In this document: positions 51,224 to 62,482 of the stretch, piece after piece
Numbering within the stretch: the first letter of the stretch is position 1
Layout: each line of letters opens with the position of its first letter
Source of the DNA: Cyanophora paradoxa CCMP329
Lineage: Eukaryota > Plantae > Glaucophyta
Assembly: GCA_004431415.1 (NCBI GenBank)
Contig: QPMI01000160.1
Span: 101,297 to 165,296, forward strand
Direction of reading: 5' to 3'
DNA: 64,000 nt
Notes under the pieces: generated by a model
Seen by the model: the letters and a program-made list of their open reading frames with translations, nothing else
The model's database searches: none
What the model was told of the DNA's origin: nothing
Made by a program: the position numbers and the translations under genes

Positions 51224-53651
51224 TCACGAGCGGACCTCGAACTTTTCCACTGGGCAGCTGGCAAAGGCAGAGAGGCTATCCAGCTTGCGGATACCGTCCT
51301 GATCAACGTGAATCTTGAGGACGAGGCGTCGGATGCGGAGCGCGGAGGCGGCGAGCAAGGCCGCAGCGTCCGCGAGGCCGTCCCGCGCCCCCGGATCTGA
51401 GAGGTCGACGTCGGCCTCCAATCGAAGGGACAGCTGCAGGCGCCCGTCGGCAGCAAGGGCCAGCGGGACGAGCAGCGTGGGCCAGCGGGATGAGCGGCCG
51501 CGGCATGCGCAGCGATTCGTGTTGGCCTGCCGTTATAATTACCGTACGCAAGTGCAATACCGTAACGTTAGTATGTATCCATAGTAATTGTAAATTAAAG
51601 GCACCGATGCTCAGCTCGAGATCGGTGAAGGAGGAGGAACGGTCACCGGCTCCAGGGCCGCCACGAGGCCTTGGACCAGCGCCAGCTCGCCGTTGACGTT
51701 GCCGTCGATTTCCAGCGGCCCAACGCTGCGCAGCGCCGGGCAGGACCGTCGGACCCCAGAGCCTCCAGGTCCGCCCTCGTCTCGTCCGCTGCAAGCTGAA
51801 GACCCTCGTGCGAGCAGGCGGGAGAGGCTTCATGAGCATTGAGGACGGCGCGCATCTCCACAGGTCCCATAACCATCTGAAGAGACCAGCGTATACGTAA
51901 GCTCGTGCGCGCGAAGGGTCGCGGACCTAGGGCGAGCGGTGAGCGGACCGAGAAAGAGCTCCGGAGGCGTTCGAGGGCGACGAGGCGCGGGAGGGCGCGG
52001 AGGGCGGCCCCCGAGAGCCTGCTGCCAGCGCCGTGCATGAAGTGGAGCTGCCGCTTAATTTATAAGTCAAGAGACAGGCGAAGCGCGATATCGATGAACA
52101 TCGCGAGGAATATTAATACTATGATATAGACTTGAATATAACGCACTCTTTGAGAGTGAGCGCGACGGGGCTGGAAGCGAGGGCTTCGATGAGGGGCGAA
52201 GGGCCCAACGGCGCACGTCCAGAGGTCCACACGCCAAGATACTCGAGGGATGCGAGTCTGGCAACGCCCACGGCATCGCCGTAATCCCGCAGAGACAGCT
52301 CCAGCTGCAAAAACAGAGGAGAGGCATCAGCGCAGGGAATTACAGAAATTTGAAGCTTCGAAAGTCGTGTCCCGGACCCGCTTGAGATTCGGGAGACTCT
52401 GAGCGAGGGTGGTCACGACTCCCCGATCGATATCGGGGGAGCAGCCGTCCGTTTCGAAGAGAGACAGGCTCTCCAGCCCCGAAAAGGGGTGTAGGCGGTT
52501 CTCGAGATCGAGGGGGAAGCGGGCATCGTCGCAGGGGTACCCCCATGTTCCCGATCGCGTACCTGAGGGGTACGTAGCTCGGGGCAGGCGGCGGTTCGAG
52601 CTTCCCGAGGGGCAAGGGCGCTAAGCAGCCTCCCGAAGAAGCTGTCGCACTCGACAAAGACGTCGCTGAGGCCGCCGCTCGCCGCCATGCACGCCGTGAT
52701 GAACGGCATAAGTCCAGCAGCTTTGAACCGCAAATTTTAAATACTGCATATATATATCATGATCAACACTGCTCCACCGCCCCGCCCCCGCCCCCCAGCT
52801 CCCGCGCCCCGCCCCCGCCCCCCAGCTCCAGCACCCCGCCCCCGCCCTCCGGCTCCAGCGCCCCGCCCTCGCCCTCCGGCTCCAGCGCCCCGCCCCGCCT
52901 CCGGCTCTAGCGCCCCGCCCGCCCTCCGGCTCCAGCGCCCCGCCCCCGCCCTCCCGCCCCAGCGCCCCGCCCCGCCCTCCTGCTCCAGCGCCCCACCCCA
53001 CCCTCCGGCTTCCCCCTCCCTCCCCTCCTTTTTCACAGGACCAAGGACACCAACGCCTCAGGCCCTCCTAAAGCCGCAGATCGATAGCTCACAGCTAGGA
53101 TAAGATAGCAGGACGCCTTCCCTCTATGCCGCAGAGCCTCAGAGCTAGCCTAGGTGCCCCCCCATGTCGACGTTAACGACGGGGCGGCGGTTGTTGTCAT
53201 TAACATGAACATTGCCCGGTTGGGCTTTTGCAAAAAAAATCATGATCAACACTGATCACGTGCACTGAGCAGTGCATGGCATTCCTCACCTTCACGCTAA
53301 GCGACGCGCCCGGGGCCAGGCGAATCCACTCCCGCGGTCGGCCGGCGGCGACTGCAGCTGCGCCAGCTGCAGCTGCAGGCCTAGGCTCGTCCTCCTGACA
53401 GCGGACACGGACCAACTGGGCCGCGAGCTCGTCTAAAGCCTCTGCATTACGCGGGAATGCATATGGCCATAATTCGATGTCCAGCCGCCGCCAGACGACT
53501 GCCCCGGCCGCTTCGTGCCAGCGACGGCAGACCCGACGCGCGACCGCCGCGGCTCGGAAGCCGCCGGGCCGCTGCTCTCGAGGATTTGAGAGACAAGCAC
53601 GTCGGGCAGCTGATCGAACGGCGGCGCGCGATCGCTCGCCGAGTTCCCCAT
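51224..53651 (-). pseudogene. F-box + LRR-like protein gene with frameshifts (pseudogene or sequencing indels)
   Basis: MGNSASDRAPPFDQLPDVLVSQILE is in one frame, while the F-box second half RRVCRRWHEAAGAVVWRRLDI is in another (~53545). Downstream LRR-like exons: CPELRT, PFSGLESLSL, LAQSLPNLK, LASLEYLGV, LPRLVALERL. Two further shifts at homopolymers near 52550-52570. Confidence 0.6.
52770..52995. repeat. GC-rich ~24-bp minisatellite (CCGCCCCGCCCTCCGGCTCCAGCG-like) in an intron of the F-box gene
   Basis: About 8-9 degenerate units are visible. Confidence 0.8.
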
Positions 53652-53964
53652 GACAACCGCCGGGGCGCCGCGCGCCGCGGCCGCCGCGCGCGCGGTTAGG
53701 CGCAGCTAGCGCTAGCGCTGCGGTTAGGAATTTTATCGATCGAGAAGCTGTAGCTTCTTATAACGGAACCTCCGACATCTCTCTTAGCTGCGGATCTCCC
53801 TCGCAGCTGCCGATCGCAGCCGGCGAAGTGGTGCCGGGGGGGTACCGGTGCGGTTGGCGAGGCATCCAGCTGGAGCTCGCACACAAAACGAGGCGCGCTC
53901 TTTCCGGAATCACGCGCGGGGACGAGGTTTTGAATCTTCACGCCGGTGTCGCGGCGGGAGCGCC

Positions 53965-56900
53965 ATGATGCCGGCGCCCTCGGTGCTCTCCGATGTGCTG
54001 TCCGATGCGGGCTCGGAGGCGGGCCTGTTCGCGGGGCAGCTACGCAGCACGTCGAGCAACCGGGTCGAGGACGAGCCGAAGGAGCTCGGGGCCCGGGACG
54101 CGCTGGTCCGCCTGATCAAGCTCGTGCGGCCCGAGGCGCACCTCATCTGCCTTGGCACGGTGCGCATGCACGCCGCTCGCGCGCTTCGCGGCGCGGTCCG
54201 CCCGGAGCGCCCCTGACGCGCCCGGGACAGCTCGGCGCGATGTGCGCGAGCGCCGCTGTCCTGTGCATCCCCAACCTCGCGGGCAAGTGCGTACGCGCCG
54301 CTTGCGCTTGCGGGGCGCGCAAACGAGGCGCCGGGCGCGGGCCGACCGCGCGGCGCGCCTTGCATGCATGCAGGATCATCGACGGGATGTCGGTGAGCGC
54401 GGGGAGCGAGGAGGCCGGGCGCACGGACTGGTACCTCCTCCTCATCCTCTGCGTCGGCGCGGCGCTGGCGCTCGCCTCCTGGCTGGAGACCTTCTGTTTC
54501 ATCTTCGCCTCCTCCCGCTTCGCCGCGCGCCTCCGCAAGCAGGCGCGGGCGCCCGCCCGCCTCGCCCCCTCCTCTTCCTCCGCGCGCGCGCGCCCGCCCA
54601 CTCTCGATCGCAGGTCTTCGCGAACGTCCTGAGGCAGGAGGTCGCTTTCTTCGACGCGGCGCGCACGGGCGAGCCCCCCTAACCCCCCCCCCTTCGTCCC
54701 CCCCCCACAATCTGAAGCGTACCCCCCCAGGCGAGCTGCTCTCGCGGCTGGCGTCGGACACGAACGACGTGCGCGTCGCGGCGACGAACAGCGTCGCCTC
54801 CATCCTCCGCCACGGCGCCCAGGTGCGTGCTATAAGCTTTAAGCTATAAGCTATAAGCTGTATTAGCTAGTATAGCTTATAAGCTGGGGCGTTGTAATTA
54901 ACTGCTTTGGTGCTCTTCCCGGAGCGTAGCCTAGCGCCGGCGTCGTGTTTTGCCGCTTAGAGCCTAGAGCCTGCCTAGAGCCTGGCTCGGGCTTTACAGC
55001 GCCCCCGATCCTCCGCCACGGCGCCCAGGTGCATGCGGCGCCCGGACCCCCCGAGAGGCCCGGCCTGGCAGGTCTAGCAGGCGATGCTATGGTATCGTAA
55101 CGTAGTCTCGTCCGCCCCCCCCCCCCCCCCCCCCCCTCCTCCTCCTTCTCCCCCCTCCTCCCAGGTGCATGCGGCGCCTGGGGCCCCAGAAGGCCCGCGG
55201 CCGGCCCGGCAGGCCTAGCAGGCGATCCTGCGGTGCCGCTTACGTAGTCTCCTCCTCCTCCTCCTCCTCCGCCCGGGCTGCTCTCATGGTGCCGCTAACG
55301 TCCTCCCCTCCCCCCCTCCCCCCCCCCCCCCCCCAGGTGCTGGGCGGGCTGGCGCTGCTGGCGGCGATCTCGTGGCGCCTCACGGTGGGGCTCCTCCTCG
55401 TCGTGCCCCCCGTCTCCGTCCTTGCCGTCCTCTACATGAGCAAGGTCAGCCCCCCAAGCACCCCTCCACTGCTCTGGCCCCCCCTCTCTCTCCTGCCCCC
55501 CCTCCCGCTCCCCACTATCTATCTGTCTAGCTCCTTCCCGAACGCCCCTCCTCCCTCCCCGTACCCCTCCCCTCCCCTCCCCTGCCCATGTGAACCCCCG
55601 CCCCCTCCTTTCCCCCTTTTCCTTCCGCCTACACTCTCCCTCCTCCTTCCCCCTCCTCCCCCTCCCCTGCCCCCCGGGCCCTCCCCGCCTCCCCCACCCC
55701 CCACCCACTTCCCCCCCCCCCCCCGCATCTAGATGTAGCATCTGACCCCGGTCTGATCTGATCTGATCTGAGCCTCCCCCGCGCAGGTGATGCACGCGCT
55801 GGGGTCCGGCGAGTCGGCCGCCGTCGCCGCCACCGCCGCCGTCGCCGACGAGGCCCTCTCCTCCATCAGGTGGCCCCCGCCCCCTCCCCCCCCCCGTCCT
55901 GAAGAAGAAGGAGCCTGGAAGCCTAGCCAGTAGCCCCCGCCCCTCCCTCCCCGCCCCGCCCCGCCCGCCCCGCCCCGCCCGCCCCGCCCCGCCCCGCCCG
56001 CCGCCCCGCCCCGCCCCAAGGAACGAGAGCTTAGCGCGTCCCGCCAAGAGCCTAGCCATAGAGCCTCGCCGCCGGGGGCCAGCCTAGCTCAGGTGGCCCC
56101 CTCCCCGCCCCGAAGAAGAAGAAGGAGGAGCCTGGAAGCCTAGCCCCCGCCCCGCCCTGAGCCCGGAAGGGTCTAGGGCCCACCTTTAGCTGGCCGCCAG
56201 ACCTCTACACTCCTACCTCTTAGGCCTTCTCCTGCCGGCCTAGCTGGCTGCTAGACCTCTTCCCAGGCCCAACTTCTTTTAGGGCCTCTTGGGCCTTCTC
56301 CTACCGGCCTAGCCCTCTGTCGGGCCTAGGGGCCCTGACCCGCCCCGCCCTCTGTCTATCTACCTACCTGCGCTCTTCCCGTCCCCCCCTCAGCTTCGCT
56401 CGCCGGCAGGACGGTAGCTGGCGTTCTGCCGGGAGGGTCTAGGGCCCACCTCTAGCTGGCTGCTAGACCTCCTAAACTGCTGGCTGCCAGGCCCGGCTTC
56501 TTCTAGGGCCTCTTAGGCCTTCTCCTACCGGACTAGCCCTCGCCGCTTCGGGCCCCTCAGCTTCGCTCGCCGGCAGGACGGTAAAGGCGTTCTGCCGGGA
56601 GGGTCTAGGGCCCACCTCTAGCTGGCTGCTAGACCTCCTAAACTGCTGGCTGCCAGGCCCGGCTTCTTCTAGGGCCTCTTAGGCCTTCTCCTACCGGACT
56701 AGCCCTCGCCGCTTCGGGCCCCTCAGCTTCGCTCGCCGGCAGGACGGTAGCTGGCGTTCTGCCGGGAGGGTCTAGGGCCCACCTCTAGCTGGCTGCTAGA
56801 CCTCCTAAACTGCTAGCTGCCAGGCCCAGCTTCTTCTAGGGCCTCTTAGACCTTCTCCTACCGGCCTAGCCAGAGCTCTGTCGGGCCTAGGGGCCCTGAC

Positions 56901-59900
56901 CCGCCCCGCCTCGCCCTCTATCTACCCACCCCGCGCTCTTCCCATCCCGCCCTCAGCCTCGCTCGCCGGCAGGACCGTGAAGGCGTTCTGCCGGGAGGCG
57001 AGCGAGGCGGGGCGCTACGGGCGGGTCGTCGACGAGGCCCTCGGCCTGGGCCGCCGCGTCGCCTTCGGCTGGGCGTGCGTGGCGCCCCTTGGGCTTACTT
57101 GAGCTTATATTGGAGCTTAGACTTATATTGGAGCTTATATTGGAGCTTAGACCTCCATTGGAGCTCAGACTTCGGCTAGATTCTATTGTGTTTGGGCCGC
57201 CGCGCCGCCTTTCGGCTGGGCGTGCGTGGCGCCCCTCGGACAGACTTGAGCTTATATTGGAGCTTAGACTTATATTGGAGCTTATATTGGAGCTTATATT
57301 GGAGCTTATATTGGAGCTTATATTGGAGCTTATATTGGAGCTTATATTGGAGCTTACATTGGAGCTTAGACTTATATTGGAGCTTATATTGGAGCTTAGA
57401 CTTCGGCTAGATTCTATTGTGTTTAGGCCTGCTGGGCGTGCGCCCCGCCCCGCGCGGGCCGCTTAGGCCTCGCTTCTCCTGCCTTGTCCTACCTGGGCTA
57501 TTCCTTATGAGAGCTTATGAGCTTGGGAACGCTAAGGCCGCCTCCTAGTCCCTTAGGCCGCCGCTACGCTTCGCCTGCCCTGTCTTACGCCGGCCCATCA
57601 AACGCGCCCAGGGGGTACGACGCGGCGGTCTCGTTCGCGGCGGCGGCGGCGGCGGCGGCGCTGCTCTGGTACGGCACCGCCCTCGTCCGCGGCGGCACGT
57701 GCGCGCGATTTGTCTACCCCCCCGCCCTTCACCCCCCCCCCGCCCACTGTACCCTCCCCCCCCGCAGGATGACGCCGGGGCAGCTCTCCGCCTACTTCCT
57801 CTACGGTACCCCCACTCCCCACCTCCCTCCACCTCTACCCCCCTCTAACTTTTCCCCCCCAGGGGTATTCACGGCGGTGTCGCTGGCGCTGGCGGCGCGG
57901 GCGCTGACGGAGCTGCTCCGCGGCGTCGGCTCCGCCGCCCGCGTCCTCCTCGTCCGTCATTTCAATTGCCCCTACCCCCCACCCCTCCCCCCTAGCCACC
58001 CCCCCCCCCCCTAGTTTTGAATATCCCCGCCCCTCACATAGAGCTCCGCCACATGACACATGAGCCGCTCGACGCCTGCCTGCCCCGGCTGTTCTAACTC
58101 GCTAGCTAGCTAGCTAGCTAGCGCTGAGCCCCTCCCAACTAACTAAGACTACGTTTCGGGCAGCTTCTGGAGCGGGAGCCCCGGCTCGCCGTTGAGGGCG
58201 CCGGCGAGGTGCCCGCCCCCCCCCCCCCCCCCCCCCCCCTTTCCTTAGGGACCGCCTTTCCTGGGGCGGCGCCCCCCCTTAGAGAGGGAGCCCGCCCCGC
58301 CCCCTCCCCCTCCCCATCTCGCCCCGTCGCCCCTATCCGGCGCCGGGGGTACACCACCACCGCTCCCCTCTTCCTTAGCGCGACGGCCCGAGCTTATCTT
58401 GGGGCACCCAGCGCCCCGCCTCCCACCTTTGAGCCTCCCGGGGCGCAGGTACCCCCCCGCCCCGAGGGCCGCGTCCTCTTCGACCGCCTCTCCTTCCGGT
58501 ACCCCGCCCGCCCCGACGTCGAGGTCCTCAGGTGAGCCCGAGGCTTCTTCCCCTCCTTTTTTCGCTTGCTTTTTACCCCCCCCCCCCAACCCAGTGACGT
58601 CACGCTGGAGCTGGAGCCGTCGCGAGTGACGGCGCTGGTGGGGCCCTCCGGCGGCGGGTGCGGGCGGCCCAATCTTAGGACGACGGACAGAAAGAGAGAT
58701 AGGGTGGGCGACTGACTCCGGGGGGACGGGGTACAGGAAGAGCACGCTGGTGGCGATGTTGCTGCGCCAGGTGCGCCCCGAGGGGGTACACGAAGCACGT
58801 TGCTGGGGGAAGCTGCCCATCGCCCTGCCTACCTCGCTTTCCCAATCGTCTGACGCGGGCCCTTAGGGGGGGGGGAGAGAGTTAAAAAAAAAGGGGGGGG
58901 AAGAGGTAGATCTAGAGGGCCGGCGCGCGATCTTGCCCCGCCCCGCCCGCACTCCCGCCTGTCCGCCCCCCGCGCCTGACGCGGGGGCCGGGGGCCGGGG
59001 CGGCAGTACGACCCCGCGGCGGGGCGCGTGCTGATCGACGGCTGCGACGCGCGCCGACTGGACCCCCTCGTGAGCCCCGCCCGCCCCGCCCCCCCCCCGC
59101 CCGCGCTCCTTAGATCCCGGCCCGGCGACCTTAGATCCTGAGATCCTTATACCTATCCTTAGATCCTGGCCCGTCCTTAGACCTATACTCCTTAGATCTC
59201 CGACCCCCTCGTGCGCCCCGCCCGCCCCGCGGAGACGGGTTTGGCGAAACAAAGCGGAGGGTAGGGACCGGAGCAGAGATATAAGGGCTAAGGACCTTAA
59301 GGGTTTCTATCCTTAAACCTTAGAAGGTCCTTAGACCAATGCTTAGATCTCCGACCCTCTCGTGCGCCCCCCCCCCGCCCCGCGCCCGCGCCCCCGCCCG
59401 GCCGGCGGTTAGGAAGGGTCAAGGCATAGGAGTATTAAGCATAGGAGTTCGGGCTCAGACATCGGGCCCCGGCGCCCGGCTCGAGCGGCCGCGGGATCTC
59501 TATTTTTACGTACCCCCCATCGCGCAGTTCCACCACCAGCACGTCGGCGTCGTCTCCCAGGAGCCCGTCCTGGCGCGCGCGTACCCCCCTCTTCTTTCGC
59601 CCCCCCCCCCTTCCGAGGCTGACTCTACTCTGGCCCCCGCAGTTCGCGATGAGCGTGGAGGAGAACATCCGATACGGCACGCACCGGCCCGTCACCTTCG
59701 CCGACGTCCGTACCCCCCGCCCCGGCCCTCCCCCCCCCCTCCCCTCCCATCCCCCTCGTTGAATCCTCTAGGCCCCTTCCCCTTCCCCTACTCCCCCTCA
59801 ACTCCTTCCCGCCCCCGCCCCCCCCTCCTCTCCCCGCGCCCTAGTTGACACCTCTAGGCCGCTTCCTCTCTATCTCTTCCGCCCCCCCCCCCCCCCGTCC

Positions 59901-60862
59901 TCAACTCCTCCCCCCCCAACTCCTCCCCCCTTCGCAGGTGGAGCGGGCGGCGCGGATGGCGAACGCGCACGACTTCATCTCCGCATTCCCAGAGGGTACC
60001 CCCCGCTCCCCCGCTCCCCCCCCCTTCCTGGACTGACTCCGCCCCTCCCCCCCCCCCCCCCCCCCCCCAGGGTACGACACGGTGGTGGGCGAGCGGGGCG
60101 TGCAGCTCTCGGGGGGGCAGAAGCAGCGGATCGCCATTGCGCGGGCCGTCCTCATGGACCCCCGCATCCTCGTCCTCGACGAGGCGCGTACCCCCCGGGG
60201 CTCTAATCCGATCCGGTCCGATCGAATCTGAGAATAAGCGCTGGAGCGCCCTAGATTCTCCTCAGCCCTGCGTTCCTCCCCCCCTCTCCCTGCTTCTGAC
60301 CTCCCCGGGGGTACAGGCGACCTCGGCGCTGGACTCCGAGTCAGAGGCGGCCGTCCAGACGGCCCTCGGGCGCCTCATGGCCAACCGAACCGTCCTCGTC
60401 GTGCGCACCGTACCCCCCCTTTCGAAATTTCGAATTCGAATTTTCAAATTTGAATTTGAATTTTGGCGCCAGATCGCGCACCGGCTCTCGACGGTGCGGC
60501 ACGCGCACCTCGTGGCGGTCGTCTCGCGGGGCCGCGTCGTGGAGAGGGGTACGCACGACGAGCTCGCGGCCCGCCCGCGCGGCCTCTACCGCCGCCTCGT
60601 CCGCCGCCAGCTCGCCGCCGGCTCGGACCTCTCCCTGCCTTCGGCCGAGCCGCCCCGCGGGCCCTCGCCCGCCGTCCTCGCCGCCCCGCGCCTCGCCGGC
60701 GCCGGGGGCGGCCTGCTCGCCCCGCCCGACCTCAGCGAGGCCGGCGAGTCACACAGCGAAGAGGAGGGCGGGGGGGAGGAGGAGGAGGCGGGGGCGGGGG
60801 CGGAGGCAGGGGCGGAAGCGGACGGGAGGGCCGCTGGGCCCAAGGCACCCGCCGCCGCGTAG
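53965..60862 (+). CDS. ABC transporter subfamily B half-transporter (TMD-NBD; ABCB10/MDL1/TAP-like), about 20 exons
   Basis: Spliced motifs: RLRKQ|[19 protein letters not shown]|ELLSRLASD; ISWRLT; ADEALSSIR|TVKAFCRE; [21 protein letters not shown]; Walker A VGPSGG|GKST; Q-loop VSQEPVL|[12 protein letters not shown]; signature [20 protein letters not shown]; Walker B ILVLDE|ATSALD; H-loop IAHRLSTV. Confidence 0.95.
56170..56998 (+). repeat. Intronic 166-167-bp tandem repeat in which each unit contains the 3' splice site and first ~25 nt of the next exon
   Basis: CCTCAG.TTCGCTCGCCGGCAG|GAC.GT...GGCGTTCTGCCGGGAG with AG ending at 56409, 56576 and 56742, and the true acceptor at 56972. Confidence 0.9.
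57098..57400. repeat. 12-bp minisatellite (GAGCTTATATTG)n in an ABC intron, in two blocks
   Basis: Blocks at ~57100-57150 and ~57248-57400, separated by a copy of the upstream exon end; produces the spurious LILE-repeat ORF. Confidence 0.95.
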
Positions 60863-61101
60863 CGCGCGCAGAGGACAGTTGCATTGTCTCTCTTGTTCAT
60901 GATCAGTAATTTAAATGGTTTCGCGCGCCTTTTTTTCTTCGGGTGTTGGGGGGGGGGGAGGGGGGGGAGAGAGAAACTCATTTCGACCGAAATCTAGATC
61001 GAAAGATTGAGCTAGCTAGGTAGTCCCGTCCCGAGGTAGACGTCTGCGCGCCGCTGCCGCCCTCGCGGATCATTAAACTATTCAAAAGAAACAACCGCAG
61101 A

Positions 61102-62077
61102 ATGTTCGCGACGTATACGACGTTTCGGCGACCTGCTCCGGCCGAGTATGACGGAATCAAGGGCCAGGCGCGAGGTGCGTTCCTTTTAAATGTATCATGA
61201 ACGGCCCGACGACGTCAATTCACGCGGCATCGTCGCGCAGCAACCATCGGCGACCGCGCTTCGCACACATATGTGCAAAGCATCTCTAAGATCGATATAT
61301 CGCACTAGATCGAATATTGACTTCGCATGTATGCGCACTACCGCAGATCAATCAAGCCACCATCGTAGGCACTCCGACTCCGACCTTGACAACGAGATCC
61401 GGCGCGCAGCTGAAGGTTGGCCATGTTTGCCTGACGGGCGGAGTCTTTCACGGCACGAACATTTTCTCCGAGTGCCCGGGCCTGCGCACCGCTAAGGTTC
61501 GATGAATACTTTAATTTACTCGTAAAGTGCATCGTAAAGCACTTAGCGACTTTCCTCAGTACCGAATGACAGCATACAACATTCAGTACGACGCGAATTC
61601 TCGGACGTTCTTTGTGGAAGCGGACGTGAGACCGTACGGGTCTTCGCAAACTGTCCGCAAGAAGCTTCCGCCGTGTGATAAATGCATCGGGCGCCCCCGA
61701 ATGGTTGCTGTCATTCCGGTGAACTTGCCAATGCCAATTGCGTTTTCTGCTCTCATGTAATTTCTCTTGCACAGTCCCGCCCATTGATATCTTCAGGGAT
61801 CTCCAAAGATGTCATGGACCCTGTGCACGTGCGGGGCGTGGTCATTACGCCCACTGGTGACTTTTACCACGACCACGAATGCATTCTCCTCGAAAGCGCT
61901 GCAACATTGATCCTCGGGCCCGGGCTTTCGACATTCGAGGCGGCCAGACGCGGCTTCGACCCGTGCCCGCGGTGCTCTCATCTGATGCGCAGCCGGGGGC
62001 TGGTGTTGTATGCCCCCCACCCAATTATGAAGGAGGACCTAAAGCGTCGTCGCAATTTTCGGATTCAATATCAATGA
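61102..62077 (+). CDS. Small 5-exon protein with two Ada-like/H-C-CxxC zinc-binding modules
   Basis: A phase-consistent GT-AG model from ATG 61102 gives ...VCLTGGVFHGTNIFSECPGLRTAK|YRM...KLPPCDKC...|...VVITPTGDFYHDHECILL...STFEAARRGFDPCPRC, with a stop at 62077. Confidence 0.65.
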
Positions 62078-62181
62078 AAAATTGCTGCAGCTGAACAATG
62101 CATTTGAGCAAATATTAGCTATACTGCATCTCGAGATCTCAGAGTCTTTCTGCGTGTTTTCATCATTGCAGCTGCATCTCG

Positions 62182-62182
<1 letters not shown>

Positions 62183-62230
<48 letters not shown>
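62183..62230. repeat. Poly-G tract (~48 nt)
   Basis: Direct observation; similar G/C homopolymers occur at ~12000-12028, ~49618-49641 and the window end. Confidence 0.95.
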
Positions 62231-62482
62231 CTGTATAGCTAGCGCTAGCTGTAGGGTGAAGGGGCCCGGGGATGAGGCGGCGGTCGGCGTGAGCGGGGCC
62301 GAAGCGTTGGCGGCCGCGTGGGCCGCAGACGGTGCGCGGCGGTGGGCCGGAGACAGGGCTAGGGTGAAGGGGGGAAGGGCAGGCGGGGGAAGGGCGGCGC
62401 GGACGGCGCGGGCGGAGACCGGCCGGGATACCGGGGGCCCCGTGATCCGCGGGCAGGCAATCTGGTTCATTTACGCGAAGAC

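Noticed and set aside
56170-56998. Regularly spaced repeats resembling a CRISPR array
   Set aside because: Whole 166-bp units repeat with no unique spacers; eukaryotic intron; no cas genes.
57089-57466. ORFs with LILE / LYWS repeats
   Set aside because: Translation of the intronic 12-bp minisatellite, not a protein.
54662-60080. Short direct repeats at both ends of some introns (GGCGAGC, CCCAGGTGC, AGGGTAC) suggesting introner-type TSDs
   Set aside because: Largely explained by the AG|G(T/C) proto-splice consensus and high GC; the introns share no family-level sequence or TIRs.
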